Notes: generated from the sequence alone by a model not told the origin. Numbered from the whole stretch's first letter, positions 14,447-27,202 are shown. The stretch: 61,969 bases of DNA, filler included, from Choristocarpus tenellus KU-1152 (GCA_964200185.2; 11 parts of 11 records of this genome joined end to end with filler, not necessarily neighbours in it); one strand, 5' to 3'. Made by a program: numbers and translations.

Positions 14447-14708
14447 GAGTGAAAGTATCTTAGAGGGTACGAGTTTTTCCCTGTTTGTCCATTTGGGGCT
14501 TGACTTTTCCAGGGGTTTTTAATGACATTTTATCTACTCGAAAATGTTTCAAAGTAGGTAAAATGTATACGTTATGAAAAGTTGTGTCCAGAACAAGGAT
14601 ATTGACTTCTCCTAACAAATATGATAGCCAAAATTAATCAAAATCGCAACGTTAGATTTTGGCCCCCAAATGGACGAGGAGGCTGTTCCCTCTAAGATAC
14701 TTTGACTC
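14447..14708 (+). mobile_element. MITE family B (262 bp), TSD TGA
   Basis: TIRs gagtgaaagtatcttagaggg / ccctctaagatactttgactc, flanked by tga on both sides. Confidence 0.9.
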
Positions 14709-15779
14709 TGAAGTACTAGCACCAAAGACAGTGATAGGGTTTTCTTTTAGGAAGGATTTGCTATCGTCATCTATATATATACACACATATATATGGTTCA
14801 ACCCTTCAACATCGTCGTCACTTACTTGTTCAACGTGCTCGCTACCTGCCATTGCAATATTAGGAGCAACAAACAACCTCCTTTCCCTCCTCTTTTTCGA
14901 TTTCACCATTTTCCTCCCAGTCAAATTCATTATTTATCATATCCCCCATTATCATTCTGTTCTTAGCCAGCCCCGTTGTACTCAGGATCAAGATCGTCCT
15001 CATAGTCACCACGATCATTCTCCACCTCGTCACCTTCAGTGCGAAAGTAAAGGAGAGGTACCCAGAATTGCATTTGAAGGATCCTTTCCGTTTTCTTACA
15101 AATGCGTATAAGAACTTTTCTGAATTCTCTCAAAATGTTTCTAACAATAGAGAAATCAACCCTCTCAATTTAAACTTAGCAGTTCATCCATAGAAAACGT
15201 GAAAATAGCAAAAGATTGAAAAAGTGACTTAATATGCAAAACGGGCAAAACCTGGCTACCTTTCGTTGGCTTTGGCTCTCATCTCAGTCTTTTCATCATG
15301 AGCAGCACCAACTTCTCCCGCAGAGATGATGTAGTGGCATCTTCTTCTTTACACCTCCTTCTTCTTATTTTGTCTTGTCCTACCTCGCCACCATCATTGT
15401 CATGGTTAACATCCTTTTCTTCTCATCCTAAGGAAGAAATCATTCCTATCATTCCTCCATATGACAAAAAACGAAGGCTCCACTTCCTTGTTTGCTCTTT
15501 TGCCCTTACCTTTTGTGCTGTTGGGCCTTGTCACACGCTTTCTACATAAGATGTCCATGGCATGTGGGAAGAGTCTATCGTGATATTCTGCAACACCTAG
15601 AAACTGCTCCTGACCCACAGTTACCCAATAAATTCAGATGCCGCTATGCCACTATTTCGACGGGGAGAAGTTCAGGCACCCTATCGTCGACTGGACAAAA
15701 GGAGAACAACAATAAGTATCCGCAGCAGTACAATTTGATCTAGTGACTGCGCAAATATTTCTAGAGGATCTGATCCAAA

Positions 15780-15840
15780 GGTTGTGGTTGGGTAAAAGGT
15801 TTTTCGTTTGCTAAAAGCACTGTACGGCGTTACAAATTTT
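15780..15840 (+). mobile_element. Ty1/copia RT fragment
   Basis: KVFRLLKALYGVT resembles the copia motif V(C/Y)xLxKALYGLKQ. Confidence 0.6.
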
Positions 15841-16170
15841 TACGTATAAAGGCTTGTTACTGAGAACTCTGGTGGGTATCGTGGTAATCATACACTAAAC
15901 AACGATTAGATCGTGTGGTGATGACTTTGTGTCATCGTACAACACCGTCTACCATCTGACTCATCATACCGCTATGTATGGTATTATATTTATCTCACCG
16001 AACATTTCCCACACGTACATGAAACTGTCACATTCTCTACACTGTCTTATGTTACATAGGCTTGCACCAGCACACACGGCGTAAGCATAGCACTACCTAC
16101 CGCGACGTATGGGACGAACTAAGTAACCAGAGAAGTCAACGGTTCATTGGTACTACTACTGTACAACATT

Positions 16171-16391
16171 GGGTCAAAGTATCTGGGGGGGNNNNNNNNN
16201 NNNNNNNNNNNNNNNNNNNNNNNNNNNNNNNNNNNTTAATTAATTAANNNNNNNNNNNNNNNNNNNNNNNNNNNNNNNNNNNNNNNNNNNNGTCCATACG
16301 TTGGATGGATAATGAAAGTGCTCTTTTCCTGGGTTTGGTCAAATGGACCCCCTCGTGTAGACGCCCCCCCCCCCCCCAGATACTTTGGGCC
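16171..16391 (-). mobile_element. MITE family A ends on either side of a linker
   Basis: gggtcaaagtatctggg before the gap; reverse-oriented body and cagatactttgggcc after it. Confidence 0.75.
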
Positions 16392-16394
16392 CTA

Positions 16395-16900
16395 CAACCT
16401 TCTGGACTTTCACATCCCGGATATATTTCCTCCGACAAACATTATGGCTCCTCCAGTCACTGATCTACGATCATTACAATCTCCAGCAGAGCTAGCAACA
16501 GCATATGCACTTAACTCACATTCAGTATCAAAACCGACAAAAATCAATTCAACACTTCGGCAGGTATTCAAATGTGCTTGTATACGTTTAACAGCACGCC
16601 AATGTGCATCTTTGGGACTGCTACTTGTACTTGGCAACCTCACCAACTGCACTGGTAATATCTAGCCTGGTCATGACAGCTGCCCGCATCAAACTACCAA
16701 CTGCCTCTCCGTACGGGATATTTGGATCAACACTTGGATGATCCTCATTCTTGTCTAAAGTCCTTAAGAGATCATGGGGTACTACAACCCTTTTCTTTGC
16801 TTGATTTACACCAAATCTTTGACAAAAGCTCCTAATGTTGTTAGTCTGATTAATTCTTGCTGTCTTTGCAATTCTGTCACAGCACGCAGATACACCCAAA
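16395..16900 (-). mobile_element. Ty1/copia RT-RNase H remnant
   Basis: PYGEAVGSLMRAAVMTRLDI, HWRAVKRI and AYAVASSAGDCNDRRSVTG, with frameshifts. Confidence 0.9.
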
Positions 16901-17455
16901 TATATATATATATATATAGTATACTAGGGGTGAACATTTGTTCACCTCAACAACATTTTTCCTCTGCTGCAAGGGGAGTTCAATCACCCATTACACTGCG
17001 CAGTATATCGCATAGGGTTTCATACCTTTTTCATAATTTGTTGGAGTATATTACACTTCTTCAAGATCTACTTGCTTCATTTATGTAAATCACCTAGGTT
17101 GTAACAGGGTAACCCGTATTGGGCAGTTTTGGGACACAAACTGCTCTTTATATACCCTACGTCAATCACACACACACCCTAGATTTAGCTACAGCTTCCA
17201 CGTAGGAGGGCAGATTTCCGCTTTGTTTTGAACTTTCAAAGACGTTTCCATATTTATGATGTAGATGATCCTCAAAAACACCAAATTTTGATACACAGTT
17301 ACCGCCATCCCTTTGTATCTTGAGGGTACCTCTCGATTACCCAACCCTCCCCATATACCACTCTCGCCACTGTGTACCAAAATTCGGCGTGTACCCACTA
17401 AAAGCTTGCTTCGGTACTATTCTTCGCCGTATTTACATCACTGAGACCATTAATT

Positions 17456-17783
17456 GAGTCAAAGTATCTTAGAGAGAGTACAGCTGCGTCCGTTTGGGGG
17501 TCAAAATTCAATGTTGTGATTTCGATGAATTTTGGCTATCGTGTTTATTAGGAAGTGTCAATACCCTTTTTCCGGACACACTTTTGCAGAACAGATACAT
17601 TTTACCTACTCCGAAACACTTTGGAGTAGGTAAAATTAAAAACCGGTGGAAAGCCAAGCCCGAAACGGACACACAGGGCTAAACTCATACCCTCTAAGAG
17701 ATTTTCCCTCGTTCACTTCATCAAATCGGAAAAATAATTATGCCCCAAACGGGCGCGGCTCTACCCTGCAAGATACTTTGACT
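17456..17783 (-). mobile_element. MITE family B (17456-17710) followed by a partial extra end (~17730-17783)
   Basis: Reverse-complement homolog of 14447-14708, then a second agatactttgactc terminus. Confidence 0.85.
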
Positions 17784-18111
17784 CTCATAGAGCTTGCTAC
17801 TTCAGTACTACACTAACTGGTAGGCTTGGCATTTGTTCTTCCCCAAGGGAAGGCACTTCTGGATCACCTTTGCAAATATGGATATTGAACAAAGGGTAAG
17901 GCACAACAGAAAAAAAACACAAACGGACAAGAACACATACACACACCTCTGTAAAGTTGAACTTGGTAGGGATACTGTGATCCTTGTTCGTCATTAGCCC
18001 AAGTGTGCCCATGTCCCCGTAGCCCCACCTACACATGACAGATGTCGAAAGCAGTGATATATGTGGGGAAATTCATTAGGCTGTGGGTGTCCGGTTGATT
18101 TTTTTCGTAGA

Positions 18112-18370
18112 GAGTGAAAGTATCTTAGAGGGCACGTGTTTTTCCCTGTTTGTCCGTTTGGGGCTTGGCTTCCCACGGGTTTATAATGACATTTTACCTA
18201 CTCCGAGATTTTTCGGAGTAGATAAAATGTGTACGTTATGAAAAGGTGTGTCTGGAACAAAGATATTGATACTTCCTAAAGAGCACAATACCCAGAATTA
18301 CATCAAAATCGCAACAAGGGATTTTGGTCCCCAGACGGACACGGCTCTACCCTCTAGAATACTTTGACTC
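18112..18370 (+). mobile_element. MITE family B, TSD AGA
   Basis: TIRs, aga on both flanks, internal hairpin at 18190-18229. Confidence 0.9.
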
Positions 18371-19129
18371 AGAACTCTTCTCCAAAATATCACAAAGCAA
18401 CACCATATATATATGGACTAGTGAAGGCGCACCAGGCCAACAGATATATTTCTGTACTTGACAAGCAGTAAATCTCCCATCCCAAAGTCCTGCATGGAGT
18501 ATCTCTAGTTTCCATGCATTTCTCATATCCCGCTTGCTTCTTGTATTTCATACACTTTAAAGTGTATCTGATATATGAGTGCAGCACGCAACAAATTGGC
18601 AACTATTTCTTGCCCATTTTGGGACACATAAACAACCTTTGATTATTGATAGAAACCCATTACCCTCATTGCGGTGGCGAATTTGTCCTGCCAAGTGTAA
18701 GGACCACAGCAGTCAACTTGTGTATGAATAACTCTTCTGTATACCCACACACTAATACCTTCTTCCTTTCCTTTCATACCAACACAAGCCCAACCCTACC
18801 TTGCCTTCTCCCAGAGGCAAGAAGGCCAGTGCAATCATAGTACTCGCTGCTAGACCCCACAGCACTCTCACCATTCAGTGCATGCATTAGATATTCGGAC
18901 AACTCATTAGTCTCTATTGAGGACTCACGAATAAAGCTCCTGCTGATGTTTTACTGCCAGGCAGTGGTTGGAGCCATGCTCAACCTTGGACACACCTAGG
19001 TACACGGAGAGCAATCGATCAATGAAGTAAGCAGACCAATATGGAGAGAGAAGTAGAGGTGCAACGGGCGTTCCTAGAGCATTAGACAAAGGCATAGCAG
19101 CACTCTCTCTCCCCCTCACCCGCAGGGAC

Positions 19130-19560
19130 GTCCAGTTCCATTCCAAGAAGGCTGAGCGGTGAGTGCCTACGAACACTAAGCACACACCGCCCATACATCC
19201 TTGATACGCCTCACAACTTCCAATAAGAAGTACGGACTATAATGTTTTCACATAACACACACATCCAATGAATATGCTGAAGTGTAGCTTGAATGGCACT
19301 ACCCCGGGTCGAGGCTGTAGTACAAGATTTGCTTTGATGGAGGGATGCCATTAGGGGGAGGATGCACCTTGGTAGGGGGAGAGATGCTTTCCCCCCTGTC
19401 CTCTTCTCAGATAGATTCAGTTACCCTGAGTTGACCATGACCCTCTCTCCCAAACGAGTACATAGTTCCATCCCAACACAGTACTAGAGAGTGGTGCATA
19501 CCCCCTGCCAGTTCCACAGGGTTGACACCATGCCATTTTCCACAATATGGAGGAGGACAG
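19130..19560 (-). pseudogene. RCC1-repeat fragment
   Basis: VELAGGMHHSLVLCWDGTMYSFGREGHGQLR fits the RCC1 repeat consensus and is followed by a stop. A weaker second repeat is VFVGTHRSAFL. Confidence 0.75.
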
Positions 19561-19936
19561 GAGGTGGAGTGCAGGCACTGGGGGATACTCATGAGGAAGG
19601 CGCATCGGAGGCATCAATAGACATGTCACTGCGATACTAGTAGCGAAGACTACGACGAATGCTTCTATGACTTACTTGGCATATTGTCATTCGTTGCCAA
19701 GGGTACCAGTCATGCTCGAAGGGCCAAAGTCAGTGGATGGCATATTCGAGGAGACCCAATGTATCTGGGAGGGGGGNNNNNNNNNNNNNNNNNNNNNNNN
19801 NNNNNNNNNNNNNNNNNNNNTTAATTAATTAANNNNNNNNNNNNNNNNNNNNNNNNNNNNNNNNNNNNNNNNNNNNAAAAACAACACCCCCCTATCCTCT
19901 GTTTGCCGTTGGTCAATCCTTCATTTGCCCACGTGG

Positions 19937-19959
<23 letters not shown>

Positions 19960-19970
<11 letters not shown>

Positions 19971-20740
19971 TCCCCGCCCCCTGTCCCAATCCTCTTCTTA
20001 CTCCTCTTTGTCATCCCCTTCATCCTCCTCTTCATCATCTTCTTCTTCCTCCTCGTCCTCCTCCGCGTCACTGACATACTCCAGCTCATCTTCTGGCGCA
20101 GAATCACCGGTGCCCCTCCGCCCGTACCTTGCGACCTTTCCTCTTTCCACCCGTGTGGGAAGAGGGACACTTGCGCTTTCTAGTGGTCATTGGCGTCAAG
20201 TCCGAGTCTGAATCCCGCACTTCGAACCCACAAGAACGCACTACCGTAAGACCCGGGAGCATGTTGAATGGTGATCTCGTGTCATTCTTTGCCTGGGTTT
20301 GCACACCCTCCCGACTACGGGTGTGACGAACATCTGCCCAGGGCCAACTTGGGAGAAGGGGAGGAGGACCTCGTCACGGCTTCCGCTCTGTGGAACTTTT
20401 GACGTGAATTCAATGTTGGCGTCGTCTGCCTTCTCGGTCCAACACATGTAGTAGAGAGGGCAAGTAGCTGCCACGCACAAGTAGAGCTCTGCGTGCGGCC
20501 CACACACCTCCGTTCCAGACGAAAGCATGCGCTTGAGCTGGTTGTTGTTGGCCACATGAAGCAGTCGAATGCACTGTTCTTCTTGGTCGTGAAGAGAGAT
20601 CGAGCGGAAGGCCTCTGATTGAGAGTTGCACACTTGGACCCACGCAGGGAGGTCATTTCCGCCGACTTGTAGTCTTTCCCGTCAAGCGGGAATAAGGCCA
20701 TTTCGGCGGGATTCGAGGATGAGCTTGCACGCGGCTGAGC
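19960..20740 (-). pseudogene. Decayed, apparently intron-less ORF with a basic patch and an acidic D/E tail. Family unknown.
   Basis: Overlapping open frames and a tail EDELEYVSDAEEDEEEEDDEEEDEG. Confidence 0.4.
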
Positions 20741-21932
20741 ATTGCGGAAGACAAAGACGGCGGTGGGGTTGGGGGGGGTGGAGGGGTGTTCGGGGGGGGG
20801 GCTAGAGTTCGGTCATTCACGAATGGACGTGATTTGGAGGTGCGCGTCCGAAGGTGGTGCAAAAACGGCAACCTTATTGTGGCAAACGTTGAACACACGA
20901 CGGATCCAACACTTATCCGCAAGGCCCATAGTCTTTTACACAACGTATTTGGGTGCCGCATTAGATAGGTTCGGACTTGGGAAGAAAAAAAACGTGTCTA
21001 CTGCGTGCCAAGAGTGTGACTCTGCCGTTCAATCTTCACAAATATGTTACAAAGTGCATTCTATGCCAGATTCACCTCGATCTTGTAGCCGAAGTCCATC
21101 ACCACCGTCTTCGCAACGAAAAAGGTCGCCTCATCGCGTCCCATTGCCTTTCCCTGAGGATTGACGGCCTCAGCAAAACATCGCTGCGTCTCAATTGGGA
21201 CGAGGGTCTGCCCCAAGGCTTCCGGCAGGCAGGAAGGGCCTATCACGCGTTCTTGAAGGAGAGACGTGGATACCTGCAACATCATGTGCATACATGTGAC
21301 AGCCCAATCATGTTGCATTGAAGTGTTTGCCATGCGATAAGGTTACATCACGTACGTAGGGGTTATTCCGGCATTGGTTCAAGATCTTGTGGTGTATCGC
21401 AGCACGTTTATTTTTTCGTCTGGGGAAGGAGGACATTACAACGTACCGACACTCACACACAAAGTCTTGGGGTCTCGCGATTTCCGTTTTTGGTGTGGGT
21501 CACCGCATGCACCGTGTTAGCAACGTGTAAACATGGACAAGGAAACATCACTACCACAACCGCACACCCGACACCTATCCATAGCAAACCAAGACAGACA
21601 ACAAGTTGGAAAGAATGGAAAAAAACCAGCACACCCTTGTTACCTTCCACTTGCCGTCCTTGTAGGCTCGGCCGAAGGAGGCCTCCATCTTCTCTATCAC
21701 CTCTCATCCTTTGACGCCGCGTTGGACACGAACACCTCCACCCTCCTGCTCCGTTCAAGGGCCGCCTCCATCACGTTGTGCCTCTCTGCACTGAAGGAGA
21801 TGACGGTGTCCCCAGGATTCGTGTACCTATCATAGGAGGGCAGGTCGTAAATTATCCCGAGGAGTACATTGTATTGCGCACGGATTCATCATATGGCAAT
21901 GTACGAGTAACGTACTGATACAGGGCAACACA

Positions 21933-22190
21933 GAGCGAAAGTATCTTAGAGGGTAGAGCTGCGTCCATTTGGGGGGCCAAAAGTCAATGTTACTATTTTG
22001 ATCTTATTTTGGCTATCATGTTGGTTAGGAAGTGTCCATATCCTTATCCTGCACACAAGTTTCATAACTTATACATTTGAACTACTCCTAAACGTTTGAA
22101 GTGGGAAAATGTCATAAAATAACCCATGGGAAGCCAAGCCCCAAAGGGACAAACAGGGCAAAACTAGTACCCTCTAAGATATTTTCACTC
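21933..22190 (-). mobile_element. MITE family B
   Basis: TIRs gagcgaaagtatcttagaggg / ccctctaagatattttcactc, flanks aca and aaa. Confidence 0.88.
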
Positions 22191-22776
22191 AAATTCAGCA
22201 GAGGCTAGAAAGATAGAGGGGGGGTGTGGAAGGAGGGGAGGAGATTTGATGGTGCGCAGTGATGGTTGACATTGCTGCTTTTCATGGATTGGGATTGCAT
22301 GGAGTGGAACTCGTGCTTCTTCCCCTCACTTAGCCTCTCCTGCTGATATACATGTCTGTGGGTTTTCCTCCTCCTTAATTAGCTCTTACGTTCCTGTCGC
22401 CCTTCCGAAGCTGAGGCGTACGAGGGCAGGGAAGCACAGCGCATTATCAGTTAATCGACTGTTCACCAGGCCTGCGGTATCTGTAGGCAAATCGTGTAAG
22501 GATGTACTCGTCCTCAAGTATCTAACCTGCGGCTGATCCACTCGCCATGACGGTAAATCAAGTGGTGCGTGCGCAAGCAGCATCTATTCAGTCGTGTGAT
22601 TGTTGAGCCACAACCCACAATACATACCTCCTCCAGGATTGATAGGAGTGAAGAACACCTCGGCAAACTGGCCTTCGACGTGTGCGGCCATGATCTTCGG
22701 GCGCTCGGAGTAGCCCCTGATAAGAAGGACATGAATCAAAGAAACGTGTAAAGAAAGGTGTTACGGTGCGTCATCA

Positions 22777-22870
22777 GAGCCAAAGTATCTTAGAGGGTAG
22801 AGCTGCGTCCATTTGGAAGCCAAAATCCAATGTTGCGATATTGATGTAATTTTGGCTATCGTGTTTGTTA
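22777..22870 (-). mobile_element. MITE family B, truncated by the contig end
   Basis: gagccaaagtatcttagagggtagagctgcgtccatttgg. Confidence 0.85.
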
Positions 22871-22970
22871 NNNNNNNNNNNNNNNNNNNNNNNNNNNNNN
22901 NNNNNNNNNNNNNNTTAATTAATTAANNNNNNNNNNNNNNNNNNNNNNNNNNNNNNNNNNNNNNNNNNNN

Positions 22971-24230
22971 TTCTCAAGAGTTGTTTAAGCTAAAGAGGGT
23001 GTTCGATTAGACTCTTCCCAACTCTATCGGACAGTTACGGTAACAACTTTAACAGATGTTACATTTGCAGAAGTGCGGGCAGCATCTCACTTGCCACAAT
23101 CATCCACCAGCAATGGTGTAGCTGCTGCTGCAGCTGAGGCGTGAAAGCGCATCCACTATGAGGGCTCTTTTGATCCTCGTAGTTATAACCTCAACACCTT
23201 CGCGGTTGAGAGTTTTGGGCGCCTTGGCAAGCAAGCAGAATGCTTCCTGGATGAGCTGGCTACCCACATGGTAGAGGGGGGAGGAACTGGAGGATATAGC
23301 AGGAAAGGAATAGTTTAATCCCGGCTACGCCAAATTGTCTCGGTAACTACGCAAGTGGCAGTGCCTGGACGTGTCATGCGTTTTAAGCTGGAATCATCAG
23401 GGAGATGGGCACGGAGGGGTTTATTGGATTCTTGGGATGCCTCCCTAGCTTCTCCCCCTGGGGTATAGGTATAGATAGATTGGAGACACAGGAAGGCAGA
23501 AGTACAACATAGATAGTGGTGAATGTAGCAAATGGATTGGTATTGTTTGCATTTATGACATTTTATCTCTTCAGGGCTTATACGGATAGTGTGTATAGTT
23601 TCCAGTAGTTTCCCCCCTGACACATCTGCAAAATGTCAGAGGGCATAATAACAAAAATATAGTATCCGCCAACAATGGTGTAGCTGCTGCTGCAGCTGAG
23701 GTTCGAAAGCGCACCCACTACGAGGGTTCTTTTTACCCTCGTAGTTACAACCTCAACACCTTCCCCGTGGAAAGTTTTGGGTGGCTCGGTACGCAAGCCA
23801 AAGTTTTCTGGATGAGTTGGCTACGCACGCGTTAGTGGGGTGAGGGATGGGAGGCTACACCAGGAAACGAGCTGTCAAATCCCATTTACGGCAGATAGTG
23901 GCCGTCACAATACAAGTAGCTCTATCAAGAAGTGCCATGCGTTTTAAGCTGGAGACATCAGGGAGATGGGCAAGGAGGGGCCTGTCAGATTCTTGGGATG
24001 CTTCCCTAGCTCCTCGCCCTGGACTGTAGGGCTAAGCTAGGTTGAAGGCATCGAAGGGTAGCGGTGTAGCATAGCTGGTAGTAAAATTGTAAATAGGTGA
24101 TAGAAAAAATTATTTCGCATTTATGACAACTGTTATGTTTTCAGGGATCTTTCTGATATTGAATTGGCGTTTCATTGGTTTTCTCATGACATATCCGCAA
24201 AATAATGAGAGGGCATTATAACAATAAAAA
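22971..24230 (+). mobile_element. Two head-to-tail 3' fragments of an REL-endonuclease (CRE/R2-like) non-LTR retrotransposon
   Basis: DVTFAE...GVAAAAAEA*KRIHY...FAVESFGRLGKQAECFLDELA. Repeat period about 562 bp, each copy ending in gggcaWWataaca plus an A-rich tail. Confidence 0.8.
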
Positions 24231-24719
24231 TCTATGTGTACATCTTGTCAGCTTAAAAAGCTTAAGAAACCCCAAGATGGATGTAATTTTACATTCAGCA
24301 CCCTACTGAGGTTTCAACAATGTGCCAATTTAGAAAAAGGCGATATTACTTGTGTGGAGAATCGAAAGAACCTATGAACATAAGTAAAATCGGTCCGAAA
24401 AATTTCGATGTACTCAATTATAATCGAAATATGCACGACGTGGAGGGGCCGAGCCGATAAGTTCCCTGCCTGGGGACTGACTCCGCCGGAGCCGAAATTT
24501 TTTCTAGGTGGACTTCATCTCCGTGTGCTCTTCTTTCTCACTATTAGTAGATATACTTTGATGATGCGACATCAAAGAGACTCTTACACTATATTTTCGA
24601 GAAACGACTAGCGAGTTGTCAAGAGGACATCATGGAAATGAGATACATATATTCTACGTTGGTTACACCTTTTTTTCGTTTGTGTGTGTATATATGTGTG
24701 GCTGTACATTGGTGCTTGA

Positions 24720-26600
24720 GTCTCCAGGTGGTATCCTTTCTATTGCCATTCTTGGTAGATTCCCATGCATCCACCTTCATCGAGGTTTTGCAAAGGAGGA
24801 CAAGGAGCTGAACAATATGTGGGTCCAACCTGCTCCGCTTTGACCTTGCAACATTCCCAGATATAGTCTAAGTCTGTTTGGGGAACAAGAATGACCAAAA
24901 TGCGGAGGGCAAATTTGACTGGAACCGAAATTTTGAGCTCCTTTCCCTCCTCTATTTGATTGAGCGATTTGTTGTAAGCTCCATTGCCCACGTCAATTAT
25001 TGAGAGCCCTCCTGTATCCTTTTTGAAGGCATCAAACTCAAACTCTGCATTTGCTGGTTCCTCCATGTACTCCCTGACCATGTCTTGCAATATCTCACCA
25101 CCACCAGCTGAGCTCCCTTCACACTTTGCAAGCAAAGCTCGAATCATCAGTAGTAGGCTGCTGAAGAGAGGGAACAAGAGTCCTGTCCCTCTCCACAGTG
25201 TAAAATCATATTGGATAGGTAGCTAGCTGGCTGTGCGGGTTGTGAGTAGTAGGGACAAAATCACTCCCTGTCACTATCCTAGCTGGTCTGTGTATGTACG
25301 TTCGTTTTGGTCCTTCTAAATGTATTAAATCCTACATGTACTGTACAGTGTTTTGCTCTTATCACCAACCCAATAGACTCAGACAGAAACACAAATATAT
25401 GGGTATTCCAGTATCTTGATGGAAGGGAAGTTGCACACACACTACGTGCTTGTCCTTCGCTGACACGCCACACTTCCTTATCTCGCGATCCAATAATGGC
25501 CTGACACCTGTAGCCACAGAAGATGAACAGAGATCGTTGTGCAAGTAACATCTCCAAGGCTACGCTCGCGCGGGCACACGCACCCCCACACACGTACGTA
25601 CAACACAGATTGACACAATACACAAAACACCATCAATGAGCGGGTCCAGCGTTTCCACTCTCTTTGCTGCTGTGGAGACAAGAACTACAATTTTCAACAC
25701 CACCTCCATAATCTCATCCATCACTAGACCCGACACAAAATGAATGCGTAACGAGCAACACAAGGGGACCTCACATCTTAGAAGAGGGTGTCGTTGAGTG
25801 TTGGGATACCTATGACTGTCTTCTACTTACAATACACGTGCTCTCCAAGATTCTCAAAATAAAGTGCGAGGGACGGATGTGTGCAACATGCACAGCATCG
25901 TGCCAACTTGAGCCTATTTTGAACAGGCTCCTTGCCGGAAACATCCCGCCTTATCTTAGCCACAGAAAGTAATGTCGGCTTTGTTTCGCCCTGAAGAAAA
26001 ATATGGGCTTGTCCAAATTCCAAGATTTGAGAACTTGAGCCTGGTCATCAAAGCTGAGCACGATTTGAAGATGACCTTGGGGGTTACTGTAAGGTGCTCT
26101 TCTACTTGTCTGATGACAATGAATGGTGACGGAGCAAGGAAGAAGAGAGGATTTTCGCTGGATCGATCTGGGTAGGAGTCGGTATATAGGGAGAAATAAT
26201 AAATAATATATAGAACCCTTCTTCTGCAACCTGAAACAATGGAGGATTACTTGAAGTACTTATAATTACTCTTGTGCTGTATGAAATATGTGTCAAAAAA
26301 ATAATTAGGCAGGATCAAGGTTCATCATGTAGCAGGGGTTGTAGGGCAATATGATTTACCTGATGATGTAAAAAATATGGAGTAAGAAAGGCAAGCTGTC
26401 CATTGGGAAGATGGGCTCTAATAGCTCGCTCAACCCAATGCAGTGTACTCCCGAGTCCAACACTGTTGATACAGATCGTTCTTCTGTTGTTCCTGCAAGC
26501 AGCAAAATGTGCATGCCTCCATGCACACGCATTCCCTACCCACCCCTTGAATTTCGGCGTCATTCCTCTTACATGACCTCCCTACGCAATAGATAGCTAC
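24720..26600 (-). mobile_element. Decayed hAT transposase
   Basis: C-terminal region homologous to the clearer hAT dimerisation domain at 47640-47960 (shared ttgcaaaggaggacaagga...gggtcca). CxxH-like segment CACCTHP upstream. The upstream boundary is approximate. Confidence 0.65.
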
Positions 26601-27026
26601 GTCCTCTGTAAAATATCATACGATAGTTTTAGCAGTGGTAATATTTATCATGAAGTGATTGTTAATATTATTATCACCTTGTTAAGAAATAGCTGACACA
26701 TTGGTGTACAAATTTTGATGTTGCGAATGTGAAATAACAGGGTACTCTGTATATAATAACAATATGCAATAGATACAATATAGCAAAATATTCGAATATT
26801 TGACGTTAGATACCTCTCTTGTTCATCGTCCTAGTACTCCTTGGAATCGACGTCTAATTTAATAGATATGTAACATCCACTATGCAGGAGTACAGCACAG
26901 ATTTATCGAGGATTTAGACATGTGTTTGCCTGGAGGCCACTTGCCACTGTGTGCAGCAACTGCGATAGTGATGTCCTACTAGCACTGTCGCACACTGAAG
27001 AGCGGTTCTGGAAATTACGAAGCTGT

Positions 27027-27202
27027 GACCCAAAGTATCTGTGGGGGGGGGGCGGTCTACAGTAGGGTGTCCTTTTGGGTCAAAACCAGGAAAGTGCACT
27101 TACATTATCCATTCGACGTATGCAACCAAATCACACAAAAATCGCGACATGAAAAAACTGACCTCAAATGGACAGCCGCTACCCCCCCAGATACTTTGAA
27201 CC
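27027..27202 (+). mobile_element. MITE family A, complete copy (176 bp), TSD TGT
   Basis: TIRs gacccaaagtatctg / cagatactttgaacc, flanked by tgt on both sides. Confidence 0.9.

Noticed and set aside
20786-21500. OTU protease-like reading ending in GHYN
   Set aside because: No catalytic GDGNC motif was found and the similarity is too weak.
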